From assembly GCF_036971445.1 (NCBI RefSeq), contig NW_027211918.1, positions 1 through 64,000 on the forward strand: a stretch of 64,000 bases of DNA, read 5' to 3'. The position numbers were made by a program, and so were the translations under genes. The DNA comes from Narcine bancroftii. Its lineage: Eukaryota. This document shows, in pieces, positions 51,095 to 64,000 of this stretch; position 1 is the first letter of the stretch; each line of letters begins with the position of its first letter. The notes beneath the pieces were generated by a model that was not told the origin of the DNA, ran no database searches, and worked only from the letters and a program-made list of their open reading frames with translations.

Positions 51095-52925
51095 TAGGGG
51101 AGATTTATAAGGTCAATGCAAATAAAAGCAAAGTGATGCCAATGAGTAACGTGGATTATACATAACCTTAAAAAGAATCTCCATTGAAATGGCAAACACA
51201 AGCAATCCGATACCTAGGTATCAGATTAGACAATAACTTAAACCACTTGTAAAAATGAAATTATTAGCCATTAATAAAGAAATTACAGGATGACTTAGAA
51301 CGTTGGAAAGAATTGCCACTAACGTTGATAGGGAGGGTGAACTGCATTAAAATCAATGTGTTCCCAAGGATACAATACTTATGTCAAACATTACCAATTC
51401 CCTGAACAGAGAAATTCTTTGTTGAACTAAGGAGAATAATAAGGAAATTCTTGTGCAAAGGGGGGAAACCGAGGGTAGCAGTAGATAAATTAACAGAGAG
51501 GTATAACCAAGTGGGTTTGCAGTCACCAAACTTCCAAAATTATTATAGAGCTGCACAATTAAGGTATTTATCAGATTTTTACCAAACAAGAGAAAAATCA
51601 GAATGGACTAAGATAGAATTAGAAAAAAAGAGGAGAGAAGGTACCGGAACATATACTTTATAAATGCGAGGAAATGATGGTGCAATATAACAGCTCACCA
51701 GTATTGCATCATGTGATTAATATATTTGATTAATATACACATAGAAAGGAAAAAAATAAAATACCAAATACCAAAAATGCAATTGATGCAAAATCCACTA
51801 ATCCCTTTTACAAGAGATAACATTTCCTTCAGAGAATGGGAGAGAAAAGGAATCAAGAGAATAGAAAATTGTTTTTTGGGAAATAATTTGTTAACCTTTG
51901 AACAGTTGAAGGACAAAAATGGAATAACTCATGGTACAGTGATTGCTAATTTATAGGATAAATTGGGAAACACATTGAGATTACCAGAAGGAAGTAGCTT
52001 TGAATATGTGATTACAGATACCATGATATTTAAAAGATTTATCACAAATATGTACATTTAGCTGCAAGGTAAGGAAAATGATGAAATAAGCTATAAACCC
52101 AAAAAGTGGGAAAAGGACAAATATAAAGATAAAAACATGGGAAATGTTTTGTCCTGGAACTATGAAGAATACAATAAACACACGGTTATGTATGATACAG
52201 CATAAATGGTTACACAGGTTATATATCACTCCCCAAAAATTGAAAGAATGGGATCCAACAATATCGGATAGGTGTTTTCGTTGTAAAAATGAAATGGGAA
52301 CAATACATGCAATTTGGACATTTACAAAAGTGAATACATTTTGGGAAGAACTAAATCAGATATTAAATAAAATCACAAAAAAACAACATACCAAAAAATC
52401 CAGAAATTTTTCTTTGAGAAACACAAGAAGTGAAGAACTAGGTCTCAAATTGGATAAAGCACAATAAAGATTCATTATGATAGCCTGAGCAGTAGCAAAA
52501 AAATGTATCATGTCAACTTGGAAAATGGAAGAGGGCCTGAGAGTACAGCAATGGTACATGGAAATGAATAAGTGTATCCCATTGGAAATAACATATAATT
52601 TAAAAAATAAAGTTACATTGTTTGAACAAATTGGGGAACCATACATGGAACATAACAGAAAGAGCTTGCCTTGGACCTCCATCTCCTAAAATGATAAGAT
52701 GATAAAAACGATTAGATTAGATTGTAAAAGTAGATGACACATTTTTCTTGTTTGTTTTTCTTTTGTGTGAAGATGTGGTTTTATTGTATTGTACATTTAT
52801 TGGTTTTGGAGGGGGATGGGAAAGGGGGAGAAAAGGGGGAAAATTTCACTGTATATTTAATGAGAAACATCTGTACATATTTTGGTTGATATGGTTCATT
52901 ATGTGATAAATAAAAAAAATTAACA
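51095..52925 (+). mobile_element. 5'-truncated L1, same family as 31338-37329
   Basis: Colinear similarity to the ORF2 3' half and 3' UTR with an A-rich tail. Confidence 0.9.
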
Positions 52926-52939
52926 AAGGAAGGACAAGG

Positions 52940-54295
52940 CTTAAAAGAAGTGACATTGCGGGCAGTCGAGGCATTCAGGTCAATGCCTCCCTGCATATGG
53001 TCAACGTCGCCATCTTCTGTTCAGACATGATCAATCTGCAGACTGATCAGCATCTCCGGCCAGTTTGAGTGGGACTGGGGCCAAAGTAAATTGGAGGAAG
53101 AGTGAGGCAATGCTTTGGTAACTAGTCAGACCAGATCACCATCCCCTTCACAGATCCGAGGACCTGAAAATGTTGAGGATTTGGTTTGGAGAGCCTCAAG
53201 CGTGGAATAAAATTTGGCGAGAGTGGATCACAGAGGACAACTAGAAAATGGGTCTCTGAGCAGGATGCACCCTCTCAATAACATGGAAGAATCTGGTCGT
53301 CGGATGCAAAGTGCTCTTGGTACTGCTAAATCTCCTCCATTATGTTCACCAGAGGAGTCTTCTGGTTTATATGGAGATCCAAAATGGAAAGGGTTCGATG
53401 GTCCTCATGTACAAGTTGCAGACAAAAGGGGCAGGTTTTTCCCAAAATCAGGCTGTGCATGGAACCAACATACAAGGGGACCATGTGCTGCTATGTGCTG
53501 AGGTTCTTCCTACCCCTGGTGTTGTGAAGGATGGGCGTGGCTCCATTGTCATGCAATGTCCTTGTCAGCTGGACTTTACCACACCACCTACCCTTTTCGC
53601 AAAAATCTTTTCCAAAAAACAAACATTTAACCATCAGGCAGTGGTCAGCACCGAATGCTCTGCAAACAAGTTCTCAAGGGATACTGGGGGATGGTTCCTT
53701 GTGCAGACTATTCAGGTCTGGAAGAATGCCTCATTGCCAGAGCTCCCTCATAAGCAACAGAACTTGACTGAGCTGATGATGACAAGAGCTATCTTGGTTA
53801 GAACCTTCCTGTATGATAAAATATCACCCACAATGTATGTTGTCCCAAGATGGCTGTGCAGTGTAGTAAAGACAGTCACCCACTTCTTTGCAGAATAGAT
53901 TTGCTCACAGTGTGTGGGGCAGGATGCAAGGGACCTTGTCATTATATAACAAATGACTATAACTTATGGGCTGATCCTGGGGAGGCACGCAGCTCAGATA
54001 TCCAGAGCTGCCTGAAGATCATCAATGGTGAAAGATGCCCTTTGGGCTACGCAAAACTTGTTGTTCTTTCAGCACATTGAGATGTCAGTGAAGCAATGCT
54101 GCTGATTGGCTGAGGGATGCACTGAGGCTTGGTGCAGCCAACACAATGGTTTTGTGCGAACCAAACGTCATCAGGCATTGAGGGGCTGAGACCAATGGGA
54201 AGTCCCTCAAACAACAGAGGGGAGAGTATCTTCAATATGCCACTGTCTTAAATAGAGAATGAATATAACAATGAACATTGATGGAAATGAATGGA
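52940..54295 (+). mobile_element. Tx1-like LINE 3' part, degenerate
   Basis: VWKNASLPELPHKQQ.L...RAILVR.F...PR..C...TVTHFFAE resembles the Tx1 ORF2 C-terminal zinc-binding region. Confidence 0.6.
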
Positions 54296-55559
54296 TATGA
54301 CTCTAAGGATTTGAAAGGACTTTGAAGAGTTTTCTTTTATAAATAATTTATTGTTTAACCTAACTTTGTCAACCTTGCTTCATGGCAACATCGTGATAAA
54401 TCTTCTCTGCAGCCTCTTGAAAGCATTTACTTCTTTCCTGTAATGAGGCAACCAGAACTGAATGCATTCTAACCAGAGGTTTAGAGTGCTGCAACAATAT
54501 CTCATGGCTCTTGAACTCAATCCCCTGACTAAAGAAGGCTAACCCACCACAAACATTCTTAACCACCCAATCAACTTACAAGCAGTGTGTAGATAAAATT
54601 CTTGCAGGCAGGTTCCATAAATCAGGATCTTCAGCTCAGCTGTCAGATGAGTCCTGTGACAGGACAAATTTCCCATTTACGAGGCAGGTTGTTGGATGAA
54701 GGGGGAGTACGAAGAAAAACTCTCCAGTGTGCAGAAAATTATGCACCAGATCACTACTATGGCAGCAGACCACAGAGTAATATTACGACTCCTCAGAGAG
54801 GTCTCAGAGAGTATGTGGTTCAGATCCAACCACAAGCAATGAAGTGGACTGATATTATTTACCATTATGACAATGTACAATGAACAAACCGTACAAATGG
54901 GCATTGTTTCACAATGGTCTGCACAAGTCAATGTCTGACTTGGTTTTGGTATATATGGATGAGAGTGTCTTTTTGTCAATTTTCCTGAATATCAAATATA
55001 CCTTCAAAACAAATGACAAAAAGCAGTCAGGAAACATCACATTTTGTTAACTAAGGTAATAAAAGTGGAGCAATGAACAAAAAAAAATCAATGGTGGGAA
55101 AGGAATAGGAGTTGGGGATTGACAGTAGATAACATCTCATGGAGACCCCTTTCACCCAAGACATTGACAAGGGTGGTCACAACAGTGGGAGGGGAATGAA
55201 TATGTACTGTGTGTTTTTAGGAGTAATGGGCTGGTTGAGAGATGCCTTGGCCATAGGTTCAGGATGCCAATTTACAGATAGCTGCAGTAACATTGCAGAA
55301 CATCACATGAATGCTACTCTGGCCAACAACCATGTAATCAGAGCCTGATCCATATTATTGCACCGGTTATAAAACTGGATTCTCTCCTGGCTGCACTCAG
55401 CAAGAGTTCCACCTAAACTCCCTGCATCAATAAAACAGTCTTTCTTTCAACATCCCCTCTATCCAGAATTCTCCAACTGCACTGATTCTGCAGTGTCCCG
55501 CCCTGACTTCACCCACCATCTAATCAGACTCATTCTTCTATGTTGCAGAGCAGCAATCT

Positions 55560-56185
55560 ATCAAGAAGGTCAATGGAATGATGGCCTTCATTGCTAGAGG
55601 GATTGAATTTATCAGCAGGGATGTTATGCTGTCAACGTACAAGGTTCTGGTGAGGCCACATCTGGAGTACTGTGTGCAATTCAGGTCTCTTTACTTGAGG
55701 AAGGATATCCTGGCTTTGGAAGTGATGCAGCGGAGCTTCACCAGGTTGATTCCAGACATGAGCGGGTTAACCTATGAAGAGAAACTGGGGCTGTACTCAC
55801 TTGACTTTAGAAAAATGAGAGATCTTATAGAAATATATAACATTATAAAAGGCATGGATAAAATAGAGGTAAGACGGTGTCCCCATTCTTGAGGGAGATT
55901 GGAACTGGGGACATATCCTGAACATTCAGGGTAGAAGAGTTAGGACAGAGGAGGAACTGCTTTTCCAAGAGGGCAGTGAATCCATTCAATGCCCATTGAA
56001 TCAGTGGTGGCAACCTCAGTGAATATATTTAAGACAGGTTGGATAGATTTTTACAGAGGAGTATTAAAGGATATGGGGAAAAGGCAGGGAGGTGGAGATG
56101 AGCCCATCATCAGGACAGCCATGATCTTATTGAATGGTGCAGGCTCAACCGGCTGAATGGCCCACTCTTGCTCCTATTTCTTAAG
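55560..56185 (+). mobile_element. CR1 LINE 3' end
   Basis: MAFIARGIEF...LVRPHLEYCVQF...FTRLIP. Confidence 0.88.
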
Positions 56186-56324
56186 CTCTTAATATCCAAA
56201 ATATCAACACTTGCATTTGTTTGATCAATCAAATCACGAGCCTGTCCACTTGACCACATGGAGTCCACAAAACAAAACCTACTCAGTCAACTAAATGTAT
56301 TCTCTGTTAGTTTTGAACAGTGAG

Positions 56325-57500
56325 GCAAAGATATCCACCTCAACGATCCTGCACTCACGGTCACTGCTGCAGAAGTCAAGTCAGCCTTCCGGAGAGTGAA
56401 CCTGTGGAAAGCAACTCACCCAGAGGGAGTCCCTGGACACATACTGAGAGCCACCCAGATCAACTGGTAGCTGAATTCCCAGGTATCTTTAATCTCTCTC
56501 GGCCGTGATCTGTAGTTGTCACCCATTTCAAGAAGGCCATCATTATACCAGCACAGAGAAAAATGCAATAATGGGCCTAAATGACCACTGAACTGTGGTT
56601 CTGATATCCACCCTAATGAAGGGCTTAGAAACGGTGGTCCTGGCTCACATCAACTTTCACCTTCCAGCCAGCCTTGACCCACTTCAATTTCCCCACCGTT
56701 CCTACAGATCCATGGAATATACCACGTTAATGGCCCTCCACCTGGCCCTGGAACACCTGGACACCAAGTAAACCCATGTCAGACAACTCTTCATCAGTCA
56801 CACCATCGACCCCATCAACATTATCTCAAAACTGAGATTTTAGCCTCAAAACATCCTTCCCACTGGATCCTCGACTTCCCAACAAACAGAATGCAATCAG
56901 TGAAGATGGGCAGCAACATCTCCTCCACAATCACAGCACATCACTCTGTAGTGATGTGTACTCAGCCCTAATGACACTCCCTCTGCACCCACATGCCAAA
57001 TCCACCTACAAATTAGTTGATGGCACAGACGTAGGCTGATCATAAATAGCTGTGAGATGGAACATAGAAAGCAGCTTGAGCGTCTCCCTTCAACATCAAG
57101 ACAAAGGAAGCTGATCATCGAACCCACACCACTGTCTGCATTAATAGTGCTCATTTGGAGACAGCAGATAGGCCCAAATTCCTGGGAGTGAACCTTTCCT
57201 GTGACCTCATTGGGACCAACCTCACTCACACAATGTTCCAGAAAGTACACCAATGACTCTACTTCCTTGGAAGACTGAAGAAGTTCTGCTGGTAACCCGA
57301 TACTCCACTACCATCAAGATCTTCCTTGCTGGCTACATCAAAGCCTGATATGGATAGCAACTCTGTCCAAGATCAAACAATGCTACAAACTGTGGTGAAT
57401 GCAGCTCAGATGACATCTCCCTCACCTCCACTGACTCCATCACATCTCGTGCCAAATCACACACCCACAGGCTTAAAGACTGCTCTCACCTTGTTGCTAA
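56325..57500 (+). mobile_element. Rex1/Babar-like LINE RT, degenerate
   Basis: FKKAIIIP, LDPLQF, ALEHLD, WILDF, KFLGV remnants. Confidence 0.65.
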
Positions 57501-58742
57501 TTGATCTTTGTCATTGTAACTTGACACATGGTAACTGTTCACCTCTCCTGCAACTTTGTTCATGTTAGAATTGACTTGCTGGATGGCTTGTGGAGGAACC
57601 ATTCTTATTGTCCTGGCTTCATGTGACACTTGAAGAGAGCCCAGCCCAGTCCCAGGGACACACACAGAATACAGAGCCCTGTCCAGTCTGGTGTCCATTC
57701 AATCATATTCCCACTCTCTAACCAACCTGCTGAAAGGACTTTATTCCATTCTGTTTTCTGGGCTTCAATGGATCTGCTGCAGTGTTATCTTCAGAGAAAG
57801 GCCGAATCCCTCGTTTCAACGGAGGGTAAGAAAATAAGAGCCAAAACCAGTGTCTCATGTTGGAACAAAAGGACGACAATGGAACAAGGGATGAATTGCC
57901 TCACATGGGCGGAGGGCACAACCGATGATGTGGATCAGCTGAGGAACAGAGGAAAATTTTCAAAGAGATTTTCCACCGTGTTCAGCAGACGTATATACCA
58001 GTTACCAAACAGGGACAGTTGGGGTGGGGAGAGCCCGCTGGGGGAAATTAAGGAGGTAATTAAGCAACTACCCCCTTCCCCTCCCTGCGGCTCGGCCCAT
58101 TGACAGCGCAGCGCTCGGCTGTCCTCCCGGCTGCGTCCCCCTCGTTGGGTTCCGAAGGAGCAATGAGGTGAGAAAGGACCCAGGCCGTTGGAGGGACAGG
58201 GGCGGTGCTGACACCATAGATGACATCAGTGGTGTGATACTTGCACAGCCCGGGTTGGTGATGCAGCAGGGTGGATGCTGACAGGACAGGCCGTCCACCT
58301 TGTGACCCTCGCAGCTTTTCCCATTGGTTTTGTGCCGATAATTGAGTCTTTCCCCCATGGCAGAGGATCTGGCTGGAAAGTTCAGGATCTGCAACACGAG
58401 ATCCCTCATGGACGTGTCCAACAGTGGGAGGCCTAGTGCTGCTTTAGCCAAGAAGGCGAAAGGTTGGATATTGACATTATCTCCCAGTGTGAGGGGTTCA
58501 GATGAAGGAACAGGGGATGGGTGCATTTTGGAAAGGTATTCTGGAAGAAGAACTGGTCTTTTTGGGGCCCCACCCACTTCCCACTCCCAGGACTACGTGA
58601 GAAATAGAATACATCTCATGAGTAATTATAATTATAAAAGGGAAAGTATTTAATAATAATCAGGGGACATAGTCCTTCAAGCATTTGGGTGGTCTTCATT
58701 CTATCTTGGACCACCTTGGTGTGGTTTGCTATGCGGGTGAAC

Positions 58743-58979
58743 TGATATGTTTTCCTCCACTGTATATAGTCCATACTGGCTACTGTACATCAGAGGCTGG
58801 CCCACCCACTAATGACTCATTCCCTATGTCTCTTCCCCTTTTGTCCTGGCCATAAAGGTCGAGCTACCCCCCCATTCCAGCATTCCTGTACCTGGATCCG
58901 GCCTAGCTTGAGGCCTCTGTGTATTAAAGCTAATCGTTCCCTCATTTCTCGACTCTATGGTTATTGATAGTGCCTATCA
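58743..58979 (+). mobile_element. Possible solo LTR
   Basis: TG...CA ends with internal CATAAA and ATTAAA; no clear TSD. Confidence 0.3.
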
Positions 58980-59199
58980 GCCAGTCTTTGCTCAGGACCC
59001 ATAGATCGTCAGGTTAGCGGTCGAGTTGGCAATGACTGCCCATCTTTGCTGCCCTCCTGGCTGTGTGTTTCATTTACTGTACTCCTTGGGTCCGCAACCA
59101 TCTCTGGCTCTCCCCTCACATGGCCTGAGGGGTGGGATGGTTGGGGCAGGCCACGGCAGGTCTGGTGCCACCTCCTCCTGTTCATGAGGCTGTTTGTGG

Positions 59200-60735
59200 A
59201 CCTTAGTGTCAGTCAATGCTTGTAATTGGTCAATGTGTCACTTCCAGAATCTGTCTCCATCTAGAAAAGAGAATGAACAGGGGCTCAATTTTTGTAAGAT
59301 TGCTCCTACCACCCATGGGTTTTATAATCTTGCACCAGAACTCTCTTGCCCACTTCCAATGTTGTAGGTGAAGTTTCTGGCGATGCTGTTATTTGCAATC
59401 AGAGACCCAGATCTGGGTGAACTGTGGACAGCCTGGTCGGCAGGTTGCTGTCAAACATTAGTTCTGCTGGGGTACGCTTTGTGAATGTGGCGTGTTTCTA
59501 TACCCCAATAGGAAATCTGTGATTTTTCTATGTCCAACTGACATTTAGAAGTTTCATGGCTTTCATTGTTTCTTTGAATGTTTGTACAAAATCTTCTGCT
59601 TCCCCATTAATACTTGGGTGATAGGTTGTAGACAAAATATATCTGATATTGTTGTCACACATAAATTTAAAAAAATGTTCTGATCTACACTGGAGCCCAG
59701 TGTCTGTAACTAATTCATGAGGCGATCCTTAAGTGGCAAAGATCGCTCGTAGACTGTCAATCGTGGGATCTGCTTTTGTGATTTTCAGCTGTGAAACTAC
59801 TAGCCATTTGACGTGTGTGTCCACAGCTATAAGCAAAGTCTCACCCATGAATGTTCCAGCAAGGTCTACATGAATCTGATGCCAGGGTTTGGTTGGCCAG
59901 TTCTGTGGTTTATGTCCTGCTTGTTGCATTTTTGGTTGCATTGTCTGACATACTTTGTATTCTCTTACTGTTGTTTCAATGTCTCTGTCTATGGAGGGTC
60001 ACCAGGCATGAATGCGGGCCACTACCTTCATTCGTACCATTCTCGGATGGTTGTGCTGCCATTCTGATAACATGGTCGTTTGCCATTTGGCTGGAATAAT
60101 TGGACTGGTACCCTTTGACTGATAGTTCATGGCTGCGTATGTGGTAAAGTTTTAGATTTTCTGAGATGACTTCAGATTCTGGCCATCCATTAAGGGGGAA
60201 GTATAGGATCTTGCTTAATGTTGCCACTTTTTGGGTTTCCTTTCAGATCATCTGGGCTATAATGGGCAGTTGTTGAAGTTCTTGCTTGATGGCTGCTGCC
60301 CCTGGTGTCCATTTAATAATTTCATCTCTGTTCTGTCTTGGGTAGCAGCATGCATGATGAGGCATCGATCTGTCTGGCCGTTGATTGTTCCTGGTTTATG
60401 TTTTAATTTGTCCATTGTTGCTTAAAAAAAATATCATCCCAGATGGGTTTTGATTGTCATATATTCCCTTGATTTCTTTTTTTGTCTAATTTTATCTGTT
60501 GATATGCTTGTGACAAATCTAGTCTTGTCCTCCGTTTAGTGCCTGGAACAATTCTACTGCCTTGGGCATGGGGTGTTCAGTTATTTTGAGTGATGGATTG
60601 ATGGTGACTTTGTAATCACCGCACATGTGAATCTTTTTGTACGGACGCAATGGGGCTGCCCAATTGCTGTAATGTATTGGTTCTAAGATGCCTTCACATT
60701 TTAGTCTGTTTAATTCAGCCTCAATTTTCCCTGTA
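59200..60735 (-). mobile_element. Gypsy/Ty3 pol remnant (RT N-terminus, integrase)
   Basis: S.WAAP...CGDYKVTINP (RT) and PW..IHVD.AG.FMG..LI.VD...KW (integrase). Confidence 0.8.
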
Positions 60736-63700
60736 GGTTTCAAACATCTGTTGATTTTAAAACTTTCTAACATTTCAAGACTCTCAATCCAATTCATCCA
60801 ATCTTGTGCGATGGAATCTGATGTAGTTTCACCCCATACAAATTTTCTTCTGCACAATTTTTGCAGAATTTTCTTGGCTATTAATACTACTGGTGCCAAA
60901 ATTATGAACGAAGGAATACCTCTTGTCAAAGGTCGTACTTTCAAAGCAAGTTTAAATTTGAAAACCATCAGATTGAACACACCATTGCATTCCTAGAATT
61001 CTTTCGACAGGTACAACGGCACAATCCAAATCCTTTTCTCTTTCTGCGTTGTGAACAGCAGCCAGCACATCTCGACTGTTGCTCATCCATTTCATAAGGA
61101 AGAAACCGCCTTTATTACAGATCTCCTTTAACTCATGAGAAAGATCTATTCTTTCCTTTTCTGAAACACTGAAGTGAGACGATCATCAACATAGCAATTG
61201 TTTCTGATGCTGGTTATAACTGGAGAATGAAATTCCTCTTCATCATCTTCAGCACATTTCCTGGGAGCAAAATTTGCACAACTCGGTGATGAAGTCACTC
61301 CAAATAGATGAACTGTCATTCTGGATTCAATTATATCTTTACTGTAATCGCCATTAGGCCACCATTACAATGGTAGAAAATCATGATCTTCTGATGGTAC
61401 TTTCACTTGATGAAACATCGTGTCAATATCTGCAACAATTATAATAGGTTCCTTACAAATCAAAACACCTATTAAAGTACTGGTGAAGTACAAGAAAGTT
61501 GAGAATTCAATAAAACTCCTTGAAATGATGTTCCACAATCAAATACTACTTGTAATTTCTCTTTTTGTGAATGTATAACTCCATGATGAGGTAAATACCA
61601 TTTTCTTCCATCTTTACATTTCAAGATACCTTCTGATATCTTTTCTACATAACCTTCTTTTATCATATCTGACTTGACATTGGTATATCCAAATGAAAGG
61701 AAGAATGTCTCTTGAATTTTCTCTTCAAATTCAGCATACGCTGTTCTGCAATTATTTTATTATCTGGTGCACAAATTTCTCTTTTCTTCAAGGGTAATGC
61801 TATACGCTAATTAATGACCATCAACATGTTTAACAGAATTTGAAACTGAATTCAGAAACTGCTTATTTTCCTTTCAAGGTTTGTGAATATCTTTAAGACA
61901 TTCAGAGAAATCAATTTTAAACTGTTGTTCCCAAATATCATAAAGTTTGACAAATGAAATTCTGTTGACATTTACTTTCAACAACTCCTGATCATTATTC
62001 ATTTTTCCTCTTAATGGTCTGTTAATTGTCCATCCAAGCAATGCTCTTATGGCATAAGGTCTGTCACTTTGCTCCCTATAACCTCTAGAGCACACATGTC
62101 AAACTCTGGCTGCGGGCGCGATATAATTATATTTGGCCCGCAAGATCATTTCAAAAATGTATTAGAGGTGGCCTGCCCTGCAGCGAGAGCCGATGCTGTT
62201 TTTTGGTAATGTCACCCCCACCATCCTCCCCCTTCATTGCACATCCTTCCCCACCCCCTAACTATCCCCTCCCCCCTAAAACCACCCCCCTTAAAAGATG
62301 GCCAGAATATTCTCAAAAAGGAATCCAGAATGGTAAAGTTCCACAAACCTTCTGCTGGGAATCCTAACAACACCCGGGCATCAGATCCACGGGACGCGGA
62401 GGGAGCAAGAGTGTTGCAGGTTGACCGTGCAAACTTTGAGAACGGGGAAAACAAAATTGTAACACGAGAAGTCTGTCGATGTCATCAGCCGGCAAGCCAG
62501 TTGGAAGGCTCCCTGCACAACCAGTCACTTCTCCCACCTGTCGAGCGGTGCGGTGGATTGGCGAGCGCCTGTGATTTCCTGTCGGCGCGACGGACATGGC
62601 AGGCTGCGCACGGCCCCCGCTGTTCTGCAAAGGCCGATCGCCAGCGCGCTGGGCCTGAGTGGGTGGGTAAGCAGGGGTGGGCAGAGGGTGTAGGTGAGGA
62701 GTAATGGGCAGGGGAAGTTATGGTGGTGCGAGGGGCAGTTAGAGGGAGGGATGAATAGAAGGAGGGGTGGATAGGGAAGAGGTTAAAGGGGAGGGGCAGG
62801 GTGAGTAGGGGAGGGGTGATTAGAGGGTGAGAGATGGGTAGAGGGAGGAACAGGTTGAGGGGAGAGGCAGTAGAGGGGCGTGTATAGGATGGTGTGGGTA
62901 GAGGCAGAGCGAGTGGAGTGAGGGGTGAGTAGAGGTTGGGTAAAGGACTGGTCAGGTAGAAGGATGGTGGGTCGAGGGTGAATAGAGGCCTAGAGCCTGA
63001 GGAGTGAGCAGGAAATGCTGAGTCCTGATGCAGGCCAAAATGGACATAGCCTGTGAATGCTGACTACATCTCCACAGGGACCAAATAGGTTTCCCTCAGG
63101 TCAAGCAAAGGTGAACTTGAGCTGCCTACTCCTGACCTGTAACATTATCCTCCTAAAGTTATATCCTAAAGTTTAACATGACATATGTTGAAAGAAGAGA
63201 AAACATGCAGATGTTGTTGAAAATTTCCAATAAATATTTAGTTCGGCCCTCGACTTAGTCCAAGTTTTTAATTTTGGCCCTCCGTGAATTTGAGTTTGAC
63301 ACCCCTGCTCTAGAGGTTTGAGAGTTTTTGGTATAGCTAATCTGATTTGCATCTTGATTTTTGGCATCCACCTTGGAGAAGCTAACTTCTTTTAGATGAT
63401 CCCACTGTTTGATATCATCCTGTTTGGGAATATTCTCCTCATTCACAGGCATTATCTTCTGAGTATGGACACACAGATCACAAAATTCATTGCTATTCAA
63501 TCCAACAATCTGTAAACCTGAAACTATATTAGTATCAATGTTCCTTTCATCATTCATTGTCTTGAACAAGATTTATGATCTTTTACCATGAAGATTAAGT
63601 TTATTCATTAATTCAACAGTACAAAGTGATAAAGTACTTCCTGGATCAAGAAATGCATTGATCTTCAGTAAGAAGATTCCGTTTTTAGCTTTACCCTGCA

Positions 63701-64000
63701 CAGGAACTATTGAGAGAACTTTGCCACCGGCTCCAGTTAGCCTGTTTGTCTGGACCAAAGCGGAGGCGTTCTCTTTTACTGTGTCTTTAGTCTTGGATTC
63801 AGATTGTTTGACTTCCTTCTCAACTTTATTTTGTTAAGGATGCAGTAACTTGGGATGCTGTAAACTGCATATATCACAACTGAGGCACTTATTACAAGTT
63901 TTGCTGATGTGTACTTTAAACAAGCAACCGAAACGTCTTCCATTCTTCTTTAAAAAGTTTAATTTCTCATCATACAACTTTTTCTCCAATTGTGAACATT
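60736..64000 (-). mobile_element. BEL/Pao LTR retrotransposon gag-pol remnant
   Basis: Cys/His knuckle near 63840-63935, protease-like FLDPGST, PYAIR.LLGW, WYLPHHGV...VVFDC, AK.ILQ.LC...W. Confidence 0.82.
62091..63307. mobile_element. Non-autonomous hAT element, copy 2, inserted in BEL
   Basis: Same ends as 24237-25260; perfect 8-bp TSD CTCTAGAG (62083-62090, 63308-63315), a Buster/Charlie-type target. Confidence 0.92.

Noticed and set aside
57750-58580. GC-rich ORFs with Cys/His clusters
   Set aside because: No convincing family motif; probably a decayed retroelement ORF1 or gag, but unassignable without a search.

Overview
Cartilaginous-fish (shark/ray-type) genomic DNA. Bases ~600-15,400 hold one unrearranged immunoglobulin heavy-chain cluster on the minus strand, most consistent with IgW. 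Its parts are a leader exon, VH with 23-RSS, a single 12-RSS/D/12-RSS segment, 23-RSS/JH, and six intact C1-set constant exons, the last fused to a mu-type secretory tail. A separate Cys-rich short-form secretory exon (missed by the ORF track) lies after CH2. No TM exons are visible; if present they lie left of the window. The J-C intron carries a ~0.85 kb G-rich, WGCW-dense ~41-bp tandem repeat that resembles a switch region but is inverted relative to mammalian ones. Two possible decayed extra CH exons lie between the short tail and CH3. The remaining ~48 kb upstream is essentially all transposon debris: CR1, L1, Tx1 and Rex1-type LINEs, tRNA-derived SINEs, Penelope, hAT MITEs, and Gypsy and BEL remnants. 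Highlights there are a full-length TSD-flanked L1 with a near-precise 3.2-kb internal inversion and two hAT elements with shared ends but different interiors. Ig exon, RSS and TSD coordinates were read base by base. Repeat boundaries are approximate, and family calls rest on remembered motifs, not database searches.
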